Part shown: piece after piece, positions 46,678-58,500 of the stretch
Layout of the letters: the number at the start of each line of letters is the position of its first letter
Numbering within the stretch: the first letter of the stretch is position 1
From: Amoebophrya sp. A120
Lineage: Eukaryota; Protista; Dinoflagellata
Length of the DNA stretch: 64,000 bases
Direction of reading: 5' to 3'
NCBI GenBank assembly: GCA_905178155.1
Contig: CAJINV010000005.1
Span: 7,308,989 to 7,372,988 of the forward strand
Notes under the pieces: generated by a model
Database searches by the model: none
The model's input: the letters and a program-made list of their open reading frames with translations, nothing else
What the model was told of the DNA's origin: nothing
Position numbers and translations under genes: made by a program

Positions 46678-48887
46678 AATATCGTACGCTTTCTGCATGA
46701 TGCAGTGTGCTGGCGGGGAAGGACGAGTGGACGTACTAGGTGGGGAAACTGGTCAAGTTCCTTTGTATTCTTTGCCAATTCCATGTCGAAGAGCCGAATG
46801 TAGTTGTAAATACTTCTACGCACTTCAATTTTTACTCAAAAGTACAAGACGAAGAATTTCTTCTCGAAAATTCTTTTCGACTACCCTTGTATTTTTAACC
46901 CAAAAGTACTATACAGTTAGCGTGCACAGAGCTGCAGGCCGCTCGTAAAATATGTCCGACAAGTAGACCACTAATAATCAAAAATACAGAATCGAACAAC
47001 AATAATAATAAATCCCCATGAAATAGAAATATTAATTGCAAAAGAGAACGACGCATTTTAACTTTGACACAAACAAAAGAAGATCAAGATTATGCTTTTT
47101 CACTTTAACATAAGGAACGAGACATTTTTTTTTTCAGAAGTTATGGGGCCGAGCAGGCCGAGCAGAGATTTTATTTTTTTCCGACCATAACGCGACCTTA
47201 GGCACCGCCGTTTCTCACGACAAGCAGGTCGTGGAATAAAAGGCGCGCTCTAGTAGTAGCGCTGCGTAATTATTGGAGCTTCGTGGAGAAATAAATGAAC
47301 ATTGAATGTATTGTACGTCCTTGCAGAACAAGTACACCTCGACCTCCAGTGTGGTGCTTCAATATGACGACTTCTAAGTAGTCAATTCATGTACAAAAAA
47401 AAGTTTGTAGCGAGCCTTCTCTCAACCTCTCTAAATCTAAGGACGACCCTCGCCTAGCAGGCACACGACCCCGAGTTTCTTCCGAGCGCGAGCTCTACTA
47501 CTCTTGTTGGCAAGTGAAAAAGACAAATGAATGAAAGAAGACGATGAGTATGGAAAGCAAATGTAATTGTAAAAAAACTAAAAAGACGGTGAGTGCTCGT
47601 GCTGTAGAGCAAGTACCAGATCGACTACTGACTGTTGCAATACTCCAGAAGGGGTCGGTGGAAGAGCTCGCGCGACTGCAGGCGGGGGGAGAGCATCCCC
47701 CAGGTTGCCTGCTCTGTTCTGTGCCGAAGGGGTTCTTCCTAAAATTGGTTGTTGATCATTGTTTTTTGCTTCAGAACAAATGCGGTCTTTTTGTGTCATC
47801 GATTCGTTTGTCGGTGTCCTTCATAAATTTTGAGGTGCTGGTGGTGCCGCGAGTCTCATGGATCATCGTAGTTCAACGAGTAGATGACCATCCGCGGGTG
47901 CCGAGTGGCCAGCTGATCACACGGCGACGATCTTCATCCGTGTTGTTGATCAATAAATGACCACGCCCGAGGCGAACCGGGGATGAAGTTGTGAGCACTT
48001 ATCGATTTGAATGATAATACTTATCTGGCAGGCGGAACGATCGAGTCGTAGGCTCGGATGTTAACTCCACCGTAGGCTCTGTAACATTCTTGACGAACCT
48101 CGTACTATGTGATTATAGATAGCCCCGTGATAGTTTTTACCACCTCTCGATCATGATCCTGCCGACGTTCTTCTTTCATGATCAAGCATGCACCGCACAT
48201 GCAGAAACGAAAAAGGAGGACGCAGGAGGATCTGAACTTTGAAAGAGCAAAAAATATCGAACTCGAATGTGATACCCACACAAATAGCATTTTTTCGACA
48301 GGAGAGAAGATAAGCATAAGCTCTGTTCAACATGATTCGTGGGCACCACCAGAGGGAACCGCTGTCTGAAGATCACTCATATTTTTGTTTCCAGCCACTT
48401 GATGGGAAGATGGCTCGCAGTTACTTACTTACGACACTCGTTTCGTTTCATCTACAACTCGTGTTCACCTTCACAAAAATTTCCAGGTATTTACTGTTTT
48501 TCGGTCTCAAGAAGCAACAGAAAATAAAATGTTGCTCTCCACCATCTGTAGTCCTCGATACGGGTTTTCACACAGTATCGGTGGTGAAAAAAGAGGACAA
48601 GACAGTGCCATCTGAACAGGAAGATCTATCGCCCCGGACGAAGTAGAATATGTAGTTGCCTTCGTGAAACACGACCAGGTCTGTTCCTGTACTTACCTGC
48701 ATCGATCCCCAAAATCGTCTTCGTAAAGCCTGAAGTATGTACAGTCCTTCACAACTGATTTCGAAATGAATATAAGTACGTGTATGTCGTGTCTGGCGAG
48801 GCGGGCTCCCGACGCTCTCCGGGTGCCGCTCTTAGAACTAGAACTAGAGGCACAACCCGGCGTAGCACTTCGTTGACTATTTGATTC

Positions 48888-48950
48888 GAATAAATTATGA
48901 ACCACGCTTCGATCTTCGACGAAGATCGAAGCGTGGTTCATAATTTATTC
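48888..48950. repeat. Perfect 63-bp palindrome (31-bp arms, 1-nt centre)
   Basis: GAATAAATTATGAACCACGCTTCGATCTTCG-A-CGAAGATCGAAGCGTGGTTCATAATTTATTC. Confidence 0.95.
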
Positions 48951-49554
48951 TATCGTGCTGAATCAAATCAGTAGTTGCTGCACTTCTCCATCGCCGTTGA
49001 CATAAACCCAGAATATAAATTAGTTCTTGTTGTCCTCGTAGCACACCCGCCCAACGACCTGAATAATTTGATACGTCGATCAGTTGCAACATGTTCATGT
49101 TGACACGTAGATTAGAACCCGCCACTAGAATGTTGACGAAGCTACAACATGACCACGACGACCTCGTTTTCCTCGTCGTCCATACAATATCGTCGTGGTC
49201 AGTCGTACGTAAATCGTCTGTCTACAACTGATAAATTCAAGTCGTACGTAAACTCGTCCGTCGATATTGTTATCAAGGTCGTCCATGACAATAAATATCA
49301 ATCAAGGTAGGTCGTAAAAACTCGTTTGTCTACAACTGACCACGAAATTCTAACATGGACTACAAATTGTGATCATGTTTTTCTGATTCTTGAACCATCT
49401 TCACAGGCGGAATGCTTTTTTTTCTTGATTGCGATGAAAAGCAAATAAATTTGAAAAACTTGTGGCTTTCATCCATCGAAGATCACCATCTGCAGCGTTT
49501 AAGTCAAAAGAAGTGCAGTTGTGCCTCTACCTGAAAAACCCCTTCAAAAAAATC

Positions 49555-52500
49555 ATGAAGCGAGTCTTTCAGTCCAGTCTCTTCCTTGTGGTGGCCGTTC
49601 GACAGCTGCTCGCCGCAGAAGTATGCATTGCAAAAGTATCGCGCTAGTATCATTGCATTACAAATCACTGGCTCAGCTGCATTTTTACAAATTATTGAAT
49701 TTGTAAGCGCGGACGATCTAAATTAGCAACTAGACCGCTACGAGTGCAATGCTTTTGCAATTCATAAGAACAGGATGGCAGCAGTGTGCTCTGCAAAGAT
49801 GCGGCAAAATTCGGGCTCGTGCTTGACAACAATTGTAACACCGCCGACACAAATTATAATCTTGGCAACTACGGAGTCATTGTATCTCAAGACAATTCAT
49901 GCAACCCCCTCCTAGCACCCGATAAGCCAGGTGCTTGCAATGCTGAGACTTGTTGCGCATGCAGAAGTTTAAACGGAGAGGATTTATTTTCAAGTGTGGA
50001 ATCCAACTGGCTTGGAAGCCCCCTCTACGCCTTTCAAATCTGATGCCTGGGTCTGGAAAACTGCTGGAAAATTGTCCTGCTGTGCGTCTGGATCACACCG
50101 AAAAGCTGTCCTGCATGAGCAGGAAAATTAGGTGGCTAATTTTGATTTCGTGTACCAGGAAAGGCATTTTTTTCTTACCGGGATTACAGGCCGACAAAGA
50201 CGGCAATGCGAAATCCGTGATGCTAGGTAATGCCACCCAGAACCCGGTGGCCATCCAAAAGGTGCATGACAAACTGAAGCATGATATGTCTCCACCCCTG
50301 CGACTGTTTGCACAGACCCAGGCCGCATAGTATTTGCACTTTATACCATCTCCGGCTTCTGTCACCAGCCTACTTGCGGGAACGTCGATGGGAGAAAAAC
50401 AGCCTTCCAGTGTGGTCCGACAACCGAGGAAGGCCGGGTGGAGCACAAGTTTAAGGGTTCCGAAGTAGAGGATACCGTTTGTCTGCTAGAAACAGCCACT
50501 GAAAATGATGACCGCGGTTGTATGAGAGCATGTTGTGAAGTCCACGCCAGCACCTGCGCGGACATCGACGGAAAGGGTACTCCGTTCAAGTGCCGCGACC
50601 CGCTCCGTCCCATGCACGAGAACCAAAAAGCCGCAACATGTCCTGCCGGCGGTTGCACTGATGCTTCGTGTTGCACGCAATTTAAGTGCGAGGGAAAAGC
50701 GGCCAACGACATCTGTGGTGATGCTGCCAGGGATACACTGAAGCTCTTAACAGGATTACTCTGGGTGAAAGATCCCCACCCGATCTTCGACATCAATTGA
50801 CTTCTCAAGCATAGATGACAAAGTTATGGGAAACGTCCATGCATGTGCAGCTGCAGTGTGGTTTTTAGCGTAAGTGTGGTCAATAATCCTCTGATGTAGC
50901 AGTATCACAATTAGATACTGCGATGTGATCTTTTCTGTGATTGTTCTTGATGCCCCGTAGAGACTTTTTTGAGAAGCGCAAAGCTTATAATATTAGATGA
51001 AGTCCCACGTTGACATGTGGGCGCCAATCTCCCACTTCCAGCCCAAATGCCAGACGTGCATGTCAATTTTTGTGGGTGGGGATGTAATTTTCGCACAGGA
51101 TATCGTCAACAAGGCGAAGCAGTACAACCCGACATATCTTGGGCAAGAACATCGCGCGCGTGTGACACGGTACACAGTAGAAAGATAGACTATTGCACTT
51201 TTACGTCAGTTCGTTCCAGAGCTCCCCTTTTCGTAGTCCGCGTCCGCCACAATAGCATTACGCTACGCGGTTCAAAACTTTGAAAGAGAAAAGGCGGTGC
51301 TGCTACGACGTACGTACGCGTGCGATATTTTTGTGACGCATGCGCCGACTTCATAGACTGTTCTGCGACGCCACCGCCAGGCCAATGTGACGTGCCAAAT
51401 TGCTGTGAGTGTGATCGTATGCATTGCAAAGACGTCAGGGTCTGGAAGGATGCCACCATGTGACGCGGATTCTGGAATAGGCAAGAATCTAGGCAGTTGC
51501 GTACAAGGCAGCAGAAGATATCAGATCTTTGTCTCCGGAAGAGGGCATGCGTCATGCAGAATGGACAGGATGGAGCCCGCCTCACAGAATTTGTCATGCC
51601 CTGCGTGCATTCGTTCCACTACGCCTTGTTCTCGCATATGCAAGGAGAACTTGATGAAAACAAGTCTCCGCTTCTTTCCAGACACAGACAGATTTGCATT
51701 TGATAGATCAGGTGAACGGGTACAGTGAGTTTGACCTAGATACAGCTTGCGGGAACCAAAGAACATGCAGTAAGTCTGCCGGGGACGGTATGGCGTTGTC
51801 AAGCGTTACATCGATTGCCGTTGCATGTTTGTCATGCAGAATCTGTATCAACAACGACTTCGACACGATCAAGTGCCAAACTTGTGACGCGCTAGAAAGG
51901 ATGGAGTTCCGTGCCACATCTGTAATGCAAGAAGCGCGATATTCGCACGGCCTTTTACTTATGCGATTCAGGTGAGGAGCTTCTTGCATGATTCAATCAT
52001 GATGCGACAGCGATCCATGTAACATTTGAGAACGCCATAGGCAGCAAGGACGTCCCGTTCCCGAACTGCAACACCGCCAGCGGCCGCGTGTACAATCCAG
52101 GCGCCGACGACTTGCCCTGCCCTTATTCCAGAAAAAGATACTGTGCTTGTAACCGTGGTACCTAGCAGGTGCAACTCTGTATATACAAAGCATGATCACT
52201 ACTCCTAGTGGTCCTACATTTTACATATGCAAAGCGTGCTCCTTACTTACATGCATATGCAAAACATGATTTATTTTTTATTGATTTGACACTGCAGCAC
52301 AGTCACAGACACACCTACTGCTACACTCCTCACGTTGGCCAGCGATGTTGAAGTCCTCTTTGCATAGATTTGCTTGCTCGCACTTTCTCCGTCACGCGGA
52401 ACAAGATTGTTATGCTAAGACACCTACACTCCCGACAAGCACAGTCTTTTCTTGGATGACCCATTTGACACCTGCACTGATGCTCTGTGTTGCACGACCG

Positions 52501-55500
52501 CAACTTCTTTTTGTCGAAACCATGAAACCGATGGTGGTCGCTTCATCTGCCCCGCGGACACTCATCGCCCCTACGACCCAGTTATCCTGGTACGTGACAC
52601 CAGCTCCCGCTCGCCCTCATCGGTCATGACGCAGGAGGAAGAAAAAATTTGAAGAAAAAGATAAGAGCCGCGAACGTTGCCTAGTAAAAGAGGAGGGTAT
52701 AGAAGATGATTTGTAGTCTTGAAACCTCTGGTGCATGGTTTTGACATTTGCATGATTTTGCATTTATGCTCGAATTTAATACTTTTTTCCTTTGAAGAAG
52801 AGGTAGAAGTATATCCCCCCCGGTTTTAGTCCCACCCCTTCCGAGGAATTGCTTGGCGCGCGGCTTCGAGCCAGTCCTCACTTGAGAGCTTTGGCGTGGC
52901 TCGCTTCGAAACAGTCTGACGCATCGGTTAGAGTAGAGTAAAAGATCGCCCCGAAGAGGGTCTTCGGGGTGATCTCACTCTTCACCCGCCCGGCCGAGTG
53001 GGTGAGAGATGAGACGGGTCCGCCTTTTTCATGTCGCCGCGCGAGCGATCTCGATTTATTTCTCGAGCCTGTTCTTGTCGCGGAAGGTTTTCGCCTGAAG
53101 AGGCAGCCGGCGGAGTAAGTAATATTTCTTCCTTTGAACGACGAATGAGGGAGAGGGGAATGGCGGGAATCTTTCCAAGATGATATCTACGCAAGACGAC
53201 CACCCGTGCCCGTTGCCGGGGGGCTGCACTTCCGACGAATGCTGCACCGCATTAGTGCCAGAATACTTCTGCAAAAACATTGATGACAGTGTCATGGGGA
53301 TGCTGGAGTGTGACGCTACTGGTACCGATCCTACATCGCGCGACCACATGCTGTGGCTTTGGATTGGGATAGAACCCCGCGACGGCCGCCCCGACTGTAA
53401 AAGTAGCGATGACACAGAGAGGGCGAGGTGCAACCAGCAGAACTGCTGTGTCGAAAAGAAAACGTGCTGGAAGTCGACCGGCTGGCGTGCTAATCCTGCA
53501 GTGCAGTTCGACATCGCATCATGTTCATCTATTTCGCTTCAAGCAGGTCTGAGACACTCCGAGGACACCAATGGCGCACAAGATGCCGTGTGCTTAACGC
53601 AGTACGACGGACCTGGTGCAATTTTTGGGTGGTGCGAGCCAGATCTCTGTTGCACACGGGACCTGTGCAGCAACAAACCCGACGACGACACGGCTGATGC
53701 CGATATGGTGATGACCGAGCCGGATCACCCCGATTCTCCCATCGATTGCACTTTGATATGGTGGCGACACCCTGGGGCCTCTTCACTGACTTCAATTTCG
53801 TAGGGTTTCATTTGCTTGCATCAAAAATAAACAAAAATCGATTGCAAATAGAAGTATGTAACTATTACTATTTATTATTATACTATAATTATGAATATGA
53901 ACTGAGTCTACTTCTACTGGAGGCTTATCTACTAGTACTTCTCTCCAGGTGGTCATGACTCAGTGCTGGAGCGGTTCCGCGTGGCCGAGAAGGCTCGCCA
54001 TGGCTCTTACGCGTTCAAAAATAATCCACCTCTGTTGCAATTTATTTGTTTGAAAGCTTCCCACGTGGGGTTGTCATAGCTATTTAAGTGCAACCAGGAT
54101 CTTTGTGCGTACGGCGCAGCAGGCACAGGCACAACGAAGGCCACCTCGGCTACCAAATGCGACGCCTTCTGTAGCAGCGTCAAAGACGCGAGGAGCGGCA
54201 GACGAATTTTTGCGGACTTGGAGGGGTCTTCAATCGAGTGCAAGGACTACGCGGATAAACCTAAACGGGGTTGGTGCAGTGTGGAGGACTGCGGGTGCAA
54301 ATGCAGCACGGAGAACGGATACTCTCTCGGGTCCACCCACGACAACTTTCCCGCTGGCCCTGCGTTCCTTCTCTCGGACTGCAGACGAGGAACACCAATA
54401 CGGGATGATGAACCCTCGACGTTTTGCAGCCTCCCGGCACCTATCGAAGGTAGATATGTCCGGGTCTGGGAGATCACGAAAAATTGTCACGCTGATATGG
54501 CATGATCCTTAACTCTGTATTGCGTGGCCACGGACAGCCTCTCTCGCCTGTCATGCAAAAACGCAGTTTCTGTTTCTGATGCGGGATGCTCAACTCAGAA
54601 ACACCAGCGCCGAAAAAATTGTCATGCTTGGCAGGCGCAGGAGCACATCGTAGTGTGCTCACTATTCCCTTCTTTGCATCACAAGTTTCCTTTTCCAGAC
54701 GGAGACATATTTGCACTGGATAGCACCTCTCATGGTTGATGTGGCGAAGGAAGTCCAGTTGAAGCTGTGGCGCGGTTCAGTGCAGACACCAGGGACGTCG
54801 TGGGATGAAGTCGAGTTGGCGGCACAATCTCCTACAGAAAACGGGAACTGGGTTGCACAAGGTCTTAACGACGAGTGGGCTGCTGAGGAAAGGCGACGCA
54901 CAGCAATGGCGCCCCTGACCGACGAGACGAGCGCTGGTTTTGAAGTTAAGCGTGGCTACACGCTTGCTTCTGATGCGGTGTATGACCTGCAAAGAGCGAC
55001 AGTCGTGGAGACCAAAGAAGCATACCGGTGCTATTGCGAGGAAAAACCCCCCCTCCCCATATTGAACACGAAATTTGTGATGCTGTATTTGTGTTGTACA
55101 CAGGTGATGACTTGCTGGAGAGCACTGCAGGCCCATACCAAGTGTGAGTAGAGAGATTTTGGCCTAGGCGCTTAGGATGAAAAGCATCCACACTGCTGCA
55201 GCAGGCCCAAAAGCATGACAAATCGCCTGCACAATGCGGCGGCTGTCTGCGGAGTTGCCTTCTTGCAAGACAGACGCGATCTGTGACCGCAATGCAGCAT
55301 CACAAATTTCCAAAAATATACCTTTGCAGTATGGGGAGGCGGGGGGATCTTTCGTATTGATAGGCGCCCCTGGTTCCAGATCGACCTGGGGTCTACCAAA
55401 CTCGTCACCAGTGTGCACCTCTTATGGCGCTCTCACTCAAATCGGTTACATTCTCTATCTCTGCTGTTACGATGAATTTGTCGTGATGCAACACTAAGTA

Positions 55501-58500
55501 CCTTAAGCCGCCAGATGATCGAGCTGCTTCGCATGACAAATTTCCGAACAAGAGGTAAACATCGTCTAAATCTGTGCCAAAGCTGTGATGCGAAAGCAGC
55601 AAGCTTGGCCCTTTCACTTTTGCTGTTCTTGCATCGCAAATCCATGTAACAGCTGAGAGTGTATTAACGTTTGTGAACGCCATACCTCTTCACCTCGGAT
55701 TGGGTGGGGCGCTTGGGGCCGTTGTTTTTCAACACGGGAACTGGAGACCCTTGGGACGCACAAGCGTACCCAAAGCTGGAGGATGCTTCAGCGGATGCTT
55801 CGAATGGTCCAGTTGACGCGGGATTTCGAGTTCTGCTAGTCGCAGCAAAAGCGTCGTCCAGGCACCACTCAGAGTGGAATTTGGACGACGCGTGTCCAGA
55901 CCCAGAACTCTCCGCCGACGTGACGGTCTGCGAGGACCAGATCATCAAATATGCCGGGGGTGCCGGACGGTATCAGGATAGAAAAAAACCCTTGTTCCCA
56001 TTTTTTTATTCAAATTGAAATCTGTCATGCGGGATTTGTGATGTATGAATATAGAAGTACTTAAACCATGACAAGCCAGCTCTGGCTTGCAATTATAGGG
56101 GCTGCAGAAAGAGCCTGAGCCTCGTTAGTAGGGATGTTGCAAGACAGGGACGCTGACCTTCTTTGAAGACAGAGACGATTATTTGCGACCACGGATCAGC
56201 GTTGCTGCAAATCTTCAGCTGCAATGAGCCTCTTCAGAATGGGACGCGGAGGGATTTTCCATGACGATACACCCAATCGCTTCACGCCAGTACGCGACGA
56301 CAAAATTCCGGGGATCAAAGTGCCCGAGTCTCTCGATGGTATGGATTACAACCTGGTCGGCGCCAGGATCAACTGCAACGGCCAGCTCGGGCGCTATGTA
56401 GTAATCGAGCTTCCGGGGGCGCAGACGAGCCAGCGACGAAAGTTCGGGCTGCACGAAGTGCAGGTGTACGCAAAATTCGTGGGCGAGGCACAAACGTTCG
56501 CGAAACTAACGCCGGGCGCGGCGTCCGCTTCGAGCTACCACACGAACACGGAGTCTGCGAATGCGGGTGAGATTGCTACACACCATATCATTTGTAAAAG
56601 CGTTCCCACCCCAGACTTGTCATGCAGAATGGCATGCCTAAAAAAAATGTCTCTCATGCGCCGCAGGGCCCATCCGTTCGGTCCTTAGTAGATAGTCCCG
56701 CAACGGGGTTCGGCTAAAGTCGGCCACTTGTATGCTAGGCGTTGGGTTACCCGGTCGGCAGAGCCGATCCACTGATGTCCATGATGCCGCAGCCCCATGA
56801 GAGATGACATTTTCTAATCGCTATCTAGAAGTCCTCTGTGATGCTAGAATCTGGATGAGGTACGTACTAGTCGATTTGTGATGCGTCTGCACTAGACTAC
56901 GAGCCCAGATTTCTCATGCGAAACAGCCGAAGCTTGTGGAGTTGTGTTGCGAGATCCCCATCTTGACTCTGGGGCGGGGACGTTTTTACACCGGATACGC
57001 CGTCAAGTGGCACAGAGACTGGTCGATCGATATTACACCTCACTTGCGCAGACCCAGAGAGAATTCGACGTTGACTCCAACGGTGCTCCTGTTCCTGCAC
57101 TACTATACGGTAATAATAAGCACAGCGTGGCGCAACGGTGCCCCTGGATGCAGATCGACCTGGGGTCGTCGCTATGCAATGCAAAAGTATCGTGCTAGTA
57201 TGAATTGCGTTACAAATTAGCCCAGCATGATTACAGATTTACTTTATCTTGAGAAATAAGACATTTGTAATGCATAAATGCAACGACTACGAGTGCGATA
57301 CATTTGCCCAGGATAGTTGCAGACCGTTCGCAACGTGCAGCTGTTTTCCTCCTCGTGGCAGCAACGGCTGGTGTTCCTGTTTTTCAAAACCGCAAAAGAC
57401 GGCGACGGGACGTTTAGCGGGGCCATCGCGAATGGTCGGGTCGACTCCGGCTTTCGGGTGATGGTGACGTCGAACTCACGGCATACGCGCACGTCCGCGG
57501 CACCGAGCGCCCTGGCCGGCGACGCGTGCCCCCCGATCCCGAACGACGAATATCCTGATGACCACCTGTGCGAGACCGTGACGTACAATGGGGGGGAAGG
57601 GTTCCGGAGGTTTACGGAGGTCCAGAACGAGGACGGCTCGCCGATGATCGTCAAGGACGGGCCAGTGGGAGCCCCGTCCACCGATTACAGGGTGCTCAAG
57701 GCCGTCATAAACTGCAACAACGCCGTCGGCCAGTACGTCGTCATCGACTTGCCATATGGGAGTGCACAACTACTCCCCCTCCCCCTCATGTGTGATGTAA
57801 ATCACCCAATCCACGCCAGCAGGGCCAGGTCTTGAAGCACTGTTTGTGTTTGCATGGCAAGTTTATAAAGAAATGGGACGCCCTGCCCTTAGTCTTCCAA
57901 CATGACAAGTTCTGGCCGCTCAAATACCATTTTGATTTTTACGCTCCTGTGCAGATTTGTCCTGCGAAGCCTGCGCTATTGCTGACGGCTGTATCTTCGC
58001 TGTTCATGGCATACAAATGACGAAGAGGGGGCGTTGTGCACTCTCATACGCCAGGCGTGAATGACGATGACGTCGACGGCACTCCGGATCTGGAGACCCG
58101 GCGGAGACTTGGTCTCCTGGAAGTCAAGGTCGGGGTGCAGGCGGAGCTCGTACGCATTGCAATCGTGTCTGGGTCAGGAAGGAGTGGAACTTGTGGCGCT
58201 GTCACTCGGTTCCAGATGAAAAATCTGTACTATTGCATTATGACCAGCAAAAGGAATCCAGTCTGTGCTACGCGGAGAGAGCATGCCTCATGCGGAAGAG
58301 GAGACTACAGCAGGCCCGCTAAAAATCTGTGATGCTAGGTCATGCAATACAGGCGTCATGGGTCGTCATGTAAAATTTGCATGCCAAGCCTTGCACAAAA
58401 CCAGACCCAGGCATATTTGCAGTGGATAGCTCGCGAGCACCTGCAGAAGTTTCGTGGAGGACGTCTGGGGCGGGTCGATGGCCAACTTCTGCTACGATCC

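Noticed and set aside
46700-48870. Possible gene or decayed element in the intergenic stretch
   Set aside because: Only short ORFs without motifs and no definable termini or TSD.
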